Source: Isurus oxyrinchus
Lineage: Eukaryota
Direction: 5' to 3'
DNA length: 64,000 bases
Assembly: GCA_026770705.1 (NCBI GenBank)
Contig: JANJGN010000064.1
Span: 2,046,001-2,110,000 of the forward strand
Under the pieces are notes generated by a model. The model was not told the origin of the DNA. It did not search any database and saw only the letters and a list, made by a program, of their open reading frames with translations. Below, piece by piece: positions 12,140 to 23,479 of the stretch. Both the position numbers and the translations under genes were made by a program. How positions within the stretch are numbered: the stretch's first letter is position 1; each line of letters starts with the position of its first letter.

Positions 12140-12830
12140 GACCCCAGAGTCCCGCAGGTGGGTGCGTGCCTGACGCAAGCAGGTGTGGAATCGTATGAGA
12201 TGATCTCGGACGAGCGTAGTGACGTCATCACGCACTCTTGCGATATTTCGCTTGGCGAGTACTCGCTAAATTTGAAGAGCTCCCGCGCACAATTAAGCGG
12301 GAAATTAAATCCACTAACGTCCCAATTGTCAGTGGGTTTTCGTGGCCCATGAAACCTTACGTTGGCGGACCAGCCAATCGACCAGAAAACCTTTACATTC
12401 TTGGTGAAACCTCATCCAAGGGAGGGATGGAATCTCCGTTAGGATTTAAAATAAAAATAAATATCCGAGGACTATTTTTTGTGTGAGGCCTGCTTTAACG
12501 AGCTTGATTGTGCTGCATTGACATTTTTGCAGCCCTTTTGTGCTTTTCCTTTTTTTATCCGGGGGTCTGCAGCTCTCTCAGTCATCTATCTGCCTTCAGG
12601 GAGCTCACTGGAAGCGCTCATTAGCACTTACAATGAGGTCGGTGCCGCCCTCTTCCCTCCCCCAGCGGCAGTGCTGAGACTTTCCCCGGGTACGCTTCAC
12701 ACTGGCTGGCTCTCATTTGGCCAAGCAGCGTAAGATCATGGTCGCGGGTCTGATCGGGCAGAAGCGCATTTCACATCCGCTCCCAGGCTCCTCATTCATG
12801 CGACCGGAAAGCGAAATGTTCACGCCAGGT
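12140..12830. mobile_element. CpG-rich non-autonomous DNA-transposon (Harbinger-like MITE) remnant
   Basis: Abrupt CpG-rich block absent from the paralogous intron modules; ends gaaatgttcacgcc, resembling such termini; contains a perfect TGACGTCA at 12220. Confidence 0.4.
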
Positions 12831-13992
12831 TAATGATTCAGTTTGATGAGCTTACAATAGAACTGGGAAAAGCAGGGTCTTGACTGGTTTTAAGTGGCAG
12901 CAAATTGCAGGGAGTTTTTAGTAGAAAATGGAAACGCACCGAGTATTAACGTGATAAAACTGGCCAGGGTACAAAACAAATCAGGGGACTCCACACCTTA
13001 AACCCGTGTCACTCGTGTGAGGATATGTAAGGAGGATGGTAAAGGAATGAAGTTTGTGGTGGGGAGAAAGATAATGGCTGTGAGTCCAATACACAGTGTT
13101 AGCCTCACAGCCTTATATGTGACGAAGGATAAAAGTGAACTTGGACAAAAGGTTTTGCCCATCCAGCCACTAGCAATACCCAGGCAGAAGCATTGGCTGC
13201 CAGAAGCATATCAGCCTCTCGTTGGCGATCCCCGGTCAGTCAGAGTTGACTCGTGTGCTCCCGTGACTCAGTGGGTTCAAACAGGAAGCGTCCCTGTGTC
13301 TCCATGATGGAAAGTCAGGCTGTCACCAGCGTAGTCTCTTGTATGTCTTTGATGGGTGAGTAAGAATGGAAATTTACGTGCTTGTACAAGAGAGCGCACA
13401 ATGTCTTGGAACCATCAAAGATAGTTGGCTCCATCCAGATCTTGTCACCCTTAAGCCAATGGAAGATGAAATGCTGGCCATGGGAGTTTGGAATCAGGGC
13501 AGGAAATCACTGACAGTGAGATTGTTGTGGAGCTGAGAGAGTGAATGGCCTGAAGGATGGACACAGGACAGCCTATGGAGACAACAAAAAAAGTGATCAT
13601 GTATCAGTCCCTAGTCACATGGAGTAGTATGAAGGAAATGTTGGGATGCGCATTTCCCCATAATCACTCTCTTCCATCTCATAAATCAAGGGCTGCTGTT
13701 ATTGGGTGCAGCCATCCACCTCTGAGAAGTGGGACAGTGCCCCTGGGTGCACCGTCATATTATCCCCCCACACCCTTGGCACACAAATCTCTTGGACTGA
13801 CATTGCGTAGGCTGGGGATTTGACAGAAGTAACAGGAGGCGGAGGACATGCAGTTTAATTTCCAATAATACCATAATAACTGATGTTAGTAATAATCGAC
13901 AGTGTTTATTTATTTTTCTAATAAGATTGCTGAAAATGTTCTGTTAGACATTCAGTTATTATCAACATAATCTCACACGGTTTGGTACTTAC

Positions 13993-14163
13993 CTCAGTCT
14001 TTGTAATTTGCAGTTCAAGTTCTGCAGAGCCATAGACAGTAGTTTCACTCCTGAGTCACCCAGTTGATTAAGCCCCATGTCCAGATCTGTCACTGACTGG
14101 TTTGTACTGATAGCAGAGGCATGATCCTTGGCACAAGAACCTGTGAGATTGTTATTCTTTAGA
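13993..14163 (-). CDS. NLR LRR exon B (171 nt, open frame)
   Basis: ctccag|T CTA AAG ... AGA CTG AG|gtaagt; LKNNNLTGSCAKDHASAISTNQSVTDLDMGLNQLGDSGVKLLSMALQNLNCKLQRL (within ORF 13989..14237). Confidence 0.9.
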
Positions 14164-14618
14164 CTGGAGATATGGGAGAGAAAACCCAGAAGAATCAGGG
14201 TAAATCTCCGTGTCTGAGGGAACAGCATTAATGACAATAGTAAAGTACAGTGTGAGACACTCCATTATATCTAGGGAAAATACTATTGATGATGAAAATC
14301 TGAAACATAAATAGAAAATGCTGGAAATACTCAACAAGTCAGACACTATATGTGAATGAAGAATTAGAGATAGCAGTTTGAATTTTAAGCTCACCCACCA
14401 GTAGGTTTTAAGCAATGGGTGAGAGTAAAGTTTTTGGGCTGGGCTTCCCACCAGACAATATATTTCAGCAACTGACGCTGGGGTGATCGAGGCCTCAGAC
14501 GACCATCCGCCCCTGCCAGGGAAATGGGGGAGATGGAGGTAAGAAAGAAACAAAATGGAAGTTTAGGTGTGATTAAATGACATAGGATGATGGTGCATGA
14601 AGTACAACACTCATTAAC

Positions 14619-15238
14619 TGTGGCGTGAGAATTTGCTTATTGAGAGCCAAGTTGCAGCATGAAATGTGGTCAAACAACTGTTTCAGGTCACTATTAACAC
14701 TTGAGTAGAAAAACTGGTTTGGCGTCTGCTAACATAATCAGACAATAGGCTATATAAACCTGTATGGGTCAACCATCAGCAGAAACAAGCTGGCATAAGC
14801 TAACAAGAAAGCCAAGTTAGCCTCCAGAGAAAGAACAATCACAATTTTGTGCAGAAAGCTGTAGAAGTGTGCACTGTGATCTGCAGTATAATACACACAT
14901 CTGGAGCCAAAGATAGTCACTGGAAGCAGGATCTACATCCACTTCAGAAGACCAGCCGAGGGGTGATTGTAAGTGTTATTCTACCAGCTTTGGGAATAGC
15001 TAGTTCAGAGAGGGATAGCCTAGGGACTTGATGTCTCATATATATCACATGTGCGACTAAGTGTAAGCTTACTGTAAATGGAAGAAACGTGGGAACAGTT
15101 CAGTACAGCCTAAGAGTTGATTCTGAACCTTACATTTGTGATGTTCTGTTGGGTGTTAAGCCACTTCACACCCGCTGTAATTCTGTGATTACGACCTCAA
15201 AGGGATAATTTCCCTGCTTGCAAGACCAAATCACAGCA
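14619..15238. mobile_element. Probable solo LTR inserted in an LRR intron module
   Basis: TG...CA bounded block with tatataaa (~14751); absent from sister modules, whose shared sequence resumes on both sides. Confidence 0.4.
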
Positions 15239-16094
15239 TCCCCAAGTTCTTGTCGGAGTCGCTAGAGGACATGGAGCGTCAGTGATCAGGGGATGGAGTT
15301 TGTGGTGGGGATGAGGATAACGACCGTGAATTCAGCACAAAAGATGAAGCTTACAGCTTCAGTTATGACTTATGATAAAAGAGAAATTGGTAGAAAGGTC
15401 ATCCCCACCCAGCCACTGGCAATGCCCAGGCAGCAGCATTGCCTCTTAGGGATGTCAGCCTCTCTGGAGGGCCGAGTCAGAGTTGATTTGTGACGACCAA
15501 ATGGCTCCATACAGGAATCATTCAAGTGGCGTTATGATGGACAGTCGAGCTGCACCAGTTTAGCCTTATTCCGGACTATGAGGGAAGGTGAAGCGCTGGA
15601 GCAGGGAAGCCTAGAATCTGGGCAGCAATTACTGATGGTGAGATGGGTTGCGGAGCTGAGAGAGAGAGTGGCCTAATGGATGGACACAGGAGAGCCTCTG
15701 GTCACCACAAAACATCGTGTTCATGTGTGCATCACTGTTCACAAACAATAATCTGAGGTTGGTGTTCTAAAGAGCATTGCCCTCGAATCACTCTTCTTGC
15801 TATCGCAAATCAAGGACTCCTGTGACCGGGGAACAGACCATCTCTGAGGAGGAGGAGGGGTCCTTTTTTCCCCTGCACCCTCAGCACAAATTCTGTGCGA
15901 CGAACATGCCATAGATGGGATTAGAGACAGACATTACATGAATCAGAGTAAATGGAGAATTTTTTAATTTATAACTTTATCACAGGCACCAATAAAATTG
16001 GACAGCCTTTATTTATTATACAAGTAATTGTGCTGACATTGTTTTGTTTTCTATCCTGCTCTTATAAACATAATATCACACAGTCTGTACTTAC

Positions 16095-16265
16095 TGCAGT
16101 TTCTGTATTTTACAGTCCGGATTCCTCACAGCCTCAGACAATTTTTTCACCCCTGAATCTCACAATTTATTAAGATCAATGCTCAGATACGTCAATGACC
16201 AGCTGGTACTGACACCAGAGGCGAGATCTCCGGCAACAGAACTTGTGAGATCGTTATGTCACAGG
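16095..16265 (-). pseudogene. NLR LRR exon A (171 nt, two premature stops)
   Basis: ttcag|C CTG TGA CAT AAC ... AAA CTG CA|gtaagt; translates L*HNDLTSSVAGDLASGVSTSWSLTYLSIDLNKL*DSGVKKLSEAVRNPDCKIQKL. Confidence 0.9.
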
Positions 16266-18047
16266 CTGAAGATCAGAGGGAAAAAGATAACAGGGATCAG
16301 AGTTAAATCAGCTTTTTTTAAAGACCAATAATTACGACAATAATACATGGTGTGCAAAATTCAAGAAACAACTTCCATTTATCTAGTAGATAAAATACTA
16401 TCGTTGGTGTAAATCTGAAATCTATATAGAATATACTGGAAATACTCAGCAGGTCAGCCAATATCTGTTGAGAGAGAAAAAAAGAGTTAACTATTTCTAT
16501 CAATGGGCTTTCAATAGAATTGAAAAAAAAAATCAGCTCGTCAACATCTATTCAGCAACAGGGAAATGGGGATGGGAGGGTGGCAAGGAAAGGACAAAAT
16601 GGCAAAAAGGATGATGATATAGCACAAAAGCGCAGGATTCCATGTCCTTATCCAGGTTCCTAGGGAGGGGTATGGGATGGTCAGTGGCTCTGGAATGGAG
16701 TTTGTGATGGGGCTGAAGATAATGACTGGAATTTTACCGGAGGGTGCGAAGGGCTGATCAGATTGTAAGTGGATATTTGGACGTAGAGTCATGGTAGTCA
16801 GTGTTACGAATGCAATATTATCACAGCTGACAGGTGGGAGGAGGCGTCCACTTCGGCGGTGCAGATAGGGGACATCCTGGTTCAGATAATGCTGGCGCCA
16901 TCTGTAAAGGCAGCCAGCAGTACTTTCAAACACAGCAGCTCTGGAGGAACTAGCAAGGGAGCCCTCGTTACTGAATGAAGAGCTGAAATGGCAGAAGACA
17001 GATCAAGGGTTGCACGCTGATAGTGCTGCATGCAGGAGACATGCATTTGGTGCCATGCGGGAGAGTCAGGCTGCCACCAGTATAGGCTAGTGTGTCTCTT
17101 TGATGGGCGAGTTACATGAAGATTTCTCTGCTTGCAGATGAAACAGCTGACGAGAGGGTATGAGCCAAGCTGGGTCGCTCTGCCCAGATCACCTCATCCT
17201 TAGACCCATGGAAATTCAGACACATGTCCTGTTAGATCTGGAGGCAGGGCGGGCAATCACAGATGTTGAGGTGGGTTTTGGAGCTGAGAGAAAGAATGCC
17301 CTAATGGATGGAAACAGGAGACCCTCTGGCGAGCAGAAAACAAACGTTTCCCTTTTAACACTACTTTTCCTTTCACAGTTCGAGGACTGTGAGCAGGTGA
17401 CAGCCATCCACCTCTTAGGACGGGAAGTGGACCTCAGAGGGTGCATCGTCACATTATTCCCCTCGCACCCTCCTCCAGTGCAGGTAACATCACGTCGGCA
17501 AATAGTCACATTGCATAAGTAAAGAAGTCAAAATCTGGTGAACACCACAGACACGCCCAAGCAGCTGACAAAGACAATAATACCCAAGGTCACTCGTACT
17601 TGGAGGGCTATGGGAGGGAAAGGCAATGTCAAGCTTCAGGATGATGACATATCACCAACGTCTTCAAAAAGGCAGCATGTGTTGGAATTGAGCATGAGGT
17701 ATGTGAACAACTGTCAGAGCTTCAAAAAGCTATTTACAACAAGACACAAAGGATGTAGAAGTTAATTCAGTTTTTGAGTATTGGTCTGTCCCGAGAATGA
17801 CTGCCCTAGGAATCCTCTACTGAGAGATTGTTGACCTTGATGTACAGTCAATCCAGTGGAGCAACGATTGGAGTTTCACACTTACATGCATGTCATCAGC
17901 ATCTCCGTGAGCAATGGCTAGGTGAGAGGGTGTGATGTGACTGGAGTCACCACCAAGTCCTCGGACTCCTCAGTTGAGCAGGGAGGGTCCGGTGTGCCCT
18001 GAAAATGTATAGGAGTGCAGGAGACAGAGAGATACTCAGAAGACAGA

Positions 18048-18320
18048 TGTACACAGACACACAGACACGCACACACACATACACACAGATACACAGATGC
18101 ACACAGACAGACTAGACACGCACACACTTACTCTCAGAGATGCACACACTACTCACAGAGACGCACACACAAAGACACACACAGAGACACTCACACTTAC
18201 AGAGACTCACACACAGACATACACACTCACAGAGACACACACAGAGTCACACACACACAAACACATACCCAGAGACACACACACTCAGGGAGACACAGAC
18301 AGAGGGATGGACTCACACAC
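18048..18320. repeat. (CA)/(CAGA)-rich compound microsatellite
   Basis: acacagacacacagacacgcacacacac... explains the His/Thr-rich spurious ORFs. Confidence 0.95.
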
Positions 18321-18549
18321 GGTACAATCGACAGTGAGATCAGTAAAACATCCAAAGACACAACCTCAGTAAAAAAAAAACAATCTCTTTCCACTCCCTG
18401 TGTTTCGTGGGGGACGAGGGCTACTGCCAGTGTTTTAGGGGTTTGTGTGATAACAGGGTTTGGAACTGGAGTAACACAATCAACAGGGTAAGAAATATAG
18501 ATTTAAACTTATCCCAGAAATTAAGACAGGCCCTTGTTGAAACCATGCC

Positions 18550-18753
18550 TGTCCTCGATTAACACATCAATTGACAGTATCAGCATGGTGTCATGTCCTG
18601 GGATCAACATTCATTGGACAGGATCAATAAGGTGTTCTGTTTGGGATTAACATTCAGTGGACAGGATGAGCAAGGTGCCCTGTCCTGGGATTAACACTGA
18701 ATGGACAGGATCAGCAAACTGTCCTGTCCTTGGATTAACATTCAATGGATGGG
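18550..18753. repeat. ~44 bp minisatellite, ~4.7 copies
   Basis: Unit approximately tgtcctgggattaacattcantggacaggatcagcaaggtgtcc. Confidence 0.85.
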
Positions 18754-18883
18754 GCGCCTAGGGGAGAGATTGAGAGACATTCCAGTCATGTCTGAGAATC
18801 AAGGGTTGGAGTCTGTATACAGCTCACTCAGGATAAATGTGCATCAGGATATACCCAAACCAGTCCAAAACCAACAAACTCCC

Positions 18884-18964
18884 TGTTCACTCTCTCTCTC
18901 TGGAGAGAGTGAACACCCTCCCAATACTCTCTCTCTCTGGAGAGAGTGAACACCCTCCCAATAC
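18884..18964. repeat. ~37 bp tandem duplication overlapping a short hairpin
   Basis: actctctctctctggagagagtgaacaccctcccaat occurs twice; tgttcactctct...agagagtgaaca is self-complementary. Confidence 0.85.
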
Positions 18965-19009
18965 TGGTTCAGTGTGTGTGTATGAGTTTTTCTATGTGTC
19001 TGAATGCGC

Positions 19010-19262
19010 GTAGGCTCTTTCCATTTAGGTTAGGAGAGATAAACACAAGAGGGCATGGCTGTAGGGTGAAAGGGGAAAGGTTTAGGGGGAACATTAGGGT
19101 GAAATTCTTCACTCAGAGAGTGGTGAGAGTGTGGAACGACCTCCCATCTGACGTGGTAAATGCGGGCTCTCTCTTAAGTTTCAAGAATAAATTGCATAGA
19201 TATGTGGATAGGAGAAGTCTGGAAGGTTATGGGCTAGGGGCAGGTCAATGGGACTAGCGGAA
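19010..19262 (+). mobile_element. CR1-type LINE 3' fragment
   Basis: LFPFRLGEINTRGHG..FFTQRVVRVWNDLP..FKNKLHRYVD (ORF 18946..19257). Confidence 0.9.
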
Positions 19263-20717
19263 TAATACGGATATCTCTAGTAAAGTGAATTGTAGAGCAA
19301 TATTATCACCAGAATTATTAACGCTGGGTCATCACGATGTGACGCCACAGAAGACAGAAAGTTTAAGTTACGTAATTACAGTCCAGAAGGCGTTCACATT
19401 CTGCAATGTCTCAGTAAATATCGCAGCGGAATAATATGAAGCTCATAGAATCCAAGGTTGTCCTGGAGAGATGTTCCTTTCAACATTCAAAGGGCTATGC
19501 GCAGAATACATTTCCTCTGTGGTTACTTTCCGATCATTAATTTTAATTGACAAAGTTTCTGGAACTGAGCTGATAAATTTCCCCAATGAGGCACCGGGGT
19601 GTCTTAACAGTGAAATAATCCGCTTGTTTGTGAAGTGACGATGACTAATCCGAATTATTGTGTAAACTGATTTCCTCACGGGGAGACAAATTGACCTGTA
19701 CAGTGGGAAACATTTCTGGAATCTCAGCACAATTAGAAAACTGAGTGAGCTCTCGCATCGTTCTAAAAAAAAATATGATCCAGCTAACGATCCTACAAGT
19801 AACGAATATTTACTACCCAATTCTGGCAGTCTTTGCTATTCCCCTAATTCAGTGTTGTCCAATAGCTTTTGGCTATTTCACTGCTAGTGATTATGTTTCT
19901 GATTGCGGGAATGTCTCACTGCCGGCACATTTCTCTACGGGGATAAATTGCTGAATAGCAGCGGGAGCCCTAGCCCATTGCGGTGTAAGCTGCGATGCTG
20001 CTCAGTACATTTTGAGCACCTCACACTCCTGTTCACATTGAAGAAGATGGAGGTTTATTTCTCGGTCTTCCAGAGGTTCATTGGCCACTAAACAATGTGC
20101 TGCTTAGAATCCAAGGTAACCATCTGAGAGGTAATGTGGCCCATTGTCTAATTTACAGTGATAATTCCAAGAGCTGCAGCGTCCTGCGCCCAGAAGGGGA
20201 CGGGAGGATATTTTGATCAACAGGAAGCTGTTCATCATTCCTCCATCGGAAAGAATTGTTTGTGATGTCTCGGTTCAGTTCAGTTCCTGAGCGAATCTTT
20301 CAGATCGATTACGGATAGGAAATGGGCACCGTTTTGAATTACTTTGGATAGTCTTTTTTTTTTCAGAAGAAATTTTTATTTGAATTTATTGCTTCCTGTA
20401 ATGGCCTGGGAATTATATTGAACACCACTGGTATCTGATATCCTCCCGAAGAATCGCCATCTCCAAATTAGCAGACGGAGCAGACTGTAAAATTCTGTTT
20501 AGTGTAACATGGATGCTCAGTGGCAAATTGTCAAATTTGCTCAGTGTCTCAATGGCAACTGGCTGATGGCAGGAAGGTTGAATATAAGGAAAACCGTTTA
20601 TTATTTGGCTGTTGAAATTCAACAAGTTAAAAAAGTATCCAATTTTCCCTTTATGAAAATTCTATATGAGAACCTGGTTGCCCCTGCGAGGCACTCATGG
20701 GTAGCCTTAGACTGAAC

Positions 20718-21795
20718 TGTTCCATCAAGCCTCATTCCAGTGCCAGGGACGAAGTTCGTTTAAAGGGAAGAGAGGATTATATATGACGGAGGGCTGATCC
20801 GAATTAGCCGGTTTCACACTCTTTCCTAAGTCACCATTAGCCACACTTGAGGCATCGAAGCCCAAATGTGGTTGTCATAGGAGGAGTTTGGGGGATACTC
20901 TCCAAGACTGAAGTTTCCAGACTGAATTCGAGAGACATTTATTACCACATCATGAAAACTTCAGACTGAAATTCAATGGGAGGCGGCAGAAGCCTAATCA
21001 TTAGACAATGATTTACTGTCTCCACTTGAGGATCAATTACCTGAAAGAACCAAACTTCCCCAAGGAGCCCGATGGAAGAAACCAATGGACAAGATGTTAC
21101 TTTTTAAAACATTTATTGTAAATGAAAAAAAACAAAGTCAAAACATATATAATTAAATGCTAATTGTATTCAGTAGAAAGTATTAATTATAGTTGAAATA
21201 GCTGACACAACAATGGAAAGTCTCACGCATTTCTCGCCTAGTTCCAAGCACATATATCGCACTGTGTTTAGTCCAAATGTCTGTCACAACTCCATCATGG
21301 TCCAGCGTGCTCAACTATTCTTCACGCAGTGTCCGATTCTCAAATGTTCTCCAACAGCTGTATGATTCCATCCCAGCTCCACGGATATGATTATAATCAA
21401 CAAGGCCTAACTCTGTGAAGCATCTTTCTCTCGGGTCACTACAGGCCTGATGGCTGAGGATTAACACAGGCACTCTCACCTAACATCCCATAACTCTCTA
21501 GTACACACTCTGATCAGCTCTTGGTAATCTCACAGATTTTCACGAGTTTTAGACACACAGCTTTAGCAAGAGCCCATGGACATGGCACTGTTCTGCTGAA
21601 AATTAATTGAATACATATATCCCGTCTCCAAGTCTGTTTGTATTTCCAAATCAGTTTCAGTTTTCTTAACAATTACGTGCACAGCGTCATTTCCCAGAAG
21701 TCTGATGTCAACTTTGGAGATCCTAGCAGGCTTCTTGTCTCTGTTTCACCTAAGGGCTTTCGCAAAAATACTGCCTTGGAAACTATTTTAGCACA
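20718..21795. mobile_element. Possible solo LTR in GPCR intron
   Basis: TG...CA bounded block with internal tttatt (reverse poly(A) signal) at ~21113; weak support. Confidence 0.25.
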
Positions 21796-21969
21796 ATAGA
21801 GTGCATGTTCGTATATTTATTTAGGAAGTTCAAAAAACACAAGCCAATATTATAAATCAAATATATGGATATAATGCCGAGTAGAAATGCACAGAAACAT
21901 TTCTTATAATGTTCTGTGGAATGTACCTGAGTGCCCATGCTACCTACTTACTCTCCCTTTTTCCCACAG

Positions 21970-22929
21970 CGAACCTGATGACAATCGAGATTCTCTCCAG
22001 AGGAAACTGCGGCCTTTCAAAATGCATTTCTTTCTATATGGTGTCCATGGCAACAGCCATCTACTGCTCATGCTCAACAATGTTCTCGTGCATAAAATCC
22101 TGGGTATGCATTTTCCACAAATAATCATGCACTATACACCCATTTGCAAGTTCATAATGTACACAGTTAATACCTACGTGTATTTATCGGTCTGGTTTAC
22201 ATTCTCCTTCACATTTGACCGGTTTGTCTCCATATGTATTTACAAGTTTAAGACAACATATTGCACAGTGCGAACTAAGGCTACAGTTCAAACATCAATC
22301 TGTACCCTCTCGTTTTTAGAAAACATACCATATTGGTTTGCATTTGAACCTAAGCGAACAGTTAACAATGTTCAAAGGAGTCTCCAACACAGCCTGGAAT
22401 TATACACATCTCCTTTTGGTGTGCATTTACTTGACTACAAAGCATTTTATTGATTTGCATTCCTTTCCCTTTGATATTGCTTCTTAATTTTTTGACAGTC
22501 AGATGGGTTTTAGTAGCCAGACGAGCACGCAAGGAGTTCCGGGGTCAAAGCAGCGAGAATCAGAGTGATCCGGAAATACAGAACCGAAGGAAATCTATTA
22601 TTTTACTGTTCACTGTATCAGTTAGTTTTATAGTGTTGTGGTTGACAGCGGTCGTTTGTTCCTTAGTCGGTGGTTTGCTCCTTCATGTACGCCCGGATTA
22701 TACAGCTCCTGTGCACATCGCCCATCAGAGCGGACACATGCTCATGTATTTGAGTTCATGCACAAACACAGTTATTTATGCGGCTGCACAAATTAAATTC
22801 AGGGAAGAGCTGAAGAAGATAGCGACGTTTCCTTGGACACTAATTTTGATACTGATTAAAAAATGCAAAATGATACCAACTCTCCACGTTCTAATAATAG
22901 TTAAATTGTATCCAACGTTTCAGTTCTGA
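21970..22929 (+). pseudogene. GPR139-like: GPR139-like exon 2 (late TM1 to C-tail) with two frameshifts
   Basis: The 7TM sequence is split across ORFs 21909..22124, 21887..22453 and 22450..22929; DRF motif present; shifts near 22057 and ~22420-22450. Confidence 0.9.
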
Positions 22930-23479
22930 ATGGTGGCCTTTGTGCAGCAATGACAATGTATTTTTATTTAAATGGAATCAGAAACCACTTTTCCAATTTG
23001 TTTCATTTATTTAATGTCTGCTGATTTTCCACGGGGATTATACTAGTTGTTTTTCTATATATCTTGTCACGCGGGTTACGTCATTAACATGCTTCAGAAT
23101 TGGAGTAAAACCTCTCTGTGTTGCCCCTATCTCCCTTGCAAGGCAGGTACTTAAATGTGAAGCGCCAGTTTAATGAACAGCGACGGTCCTAACACTTCCA
23201 ATGCCCGCAACAGTGAATTTAAGTTCCAGTTGCACATTCCAAACACTGCGGGCGTCCTGTCACATGCACACGTGCTGAAATGGTTACGGAAATTGAAATT
23301 CCTGATTGGTTGAATTGTGCTGCCCTCGGCCCGCTGTCAATGTCTGCCACTCTCAGCTCAGAAAAGACGATTGGGGGTCAGACATACGGGACTTGCCTGC
23401 ATAATTATGTTGCAACTGTTAGGCTGGTTAAAACTTTGGTATAACTCACAGGTTAATCAGCAGAACTGAAGTGCACAAC

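Larger units (their letters stand above)
2519..16265 (-). pseudogene. 5'-truncated NLR (NLRP/NLRC3-like, NACHT-LRR family) pseudogene: four LRR exons plus terminal exon
   Basis: Five exons with canonical AG/GT boundaries encode ribonuclease-inhibitor-type LRRs typical of NLR C-termini. One exon has two in-frame TGA codons and one is frameshifted. No NACHT exon was found in the window. Confidence 0.85.
19775..22929 (+). pseudogene. GPR139-like: GPR139-like class A GPCR pseudogene (two exons)
   Basis: Exon 1 MIQLTILQVTNIYYPILAVFAIP (19775-~19844, no splice donor). Exon 2 starts ttcccacag|CG AAC at 21970: ANLMTIEILSRGNCGLSKCISFYMVSMATA, shift, ...SVWFTFSFTFDRFVSIC..YCT, shift, ..NRRKSIILLF..LSSCTNTVIY..KFREELK. 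Confidence 0.9.

Noticed and set aside
18015-18491. His/Thr-rich ORFs up to 158 aa
   Set aside because: Translation of a CA-rich microsatellite in several frames.
18550-18753. Regularly spaced repeats resembling a CRISPR array
   Set aside because: Contiguous ~44 bp tandem units with no unique spacers, no cas genes, eukaryotic context.
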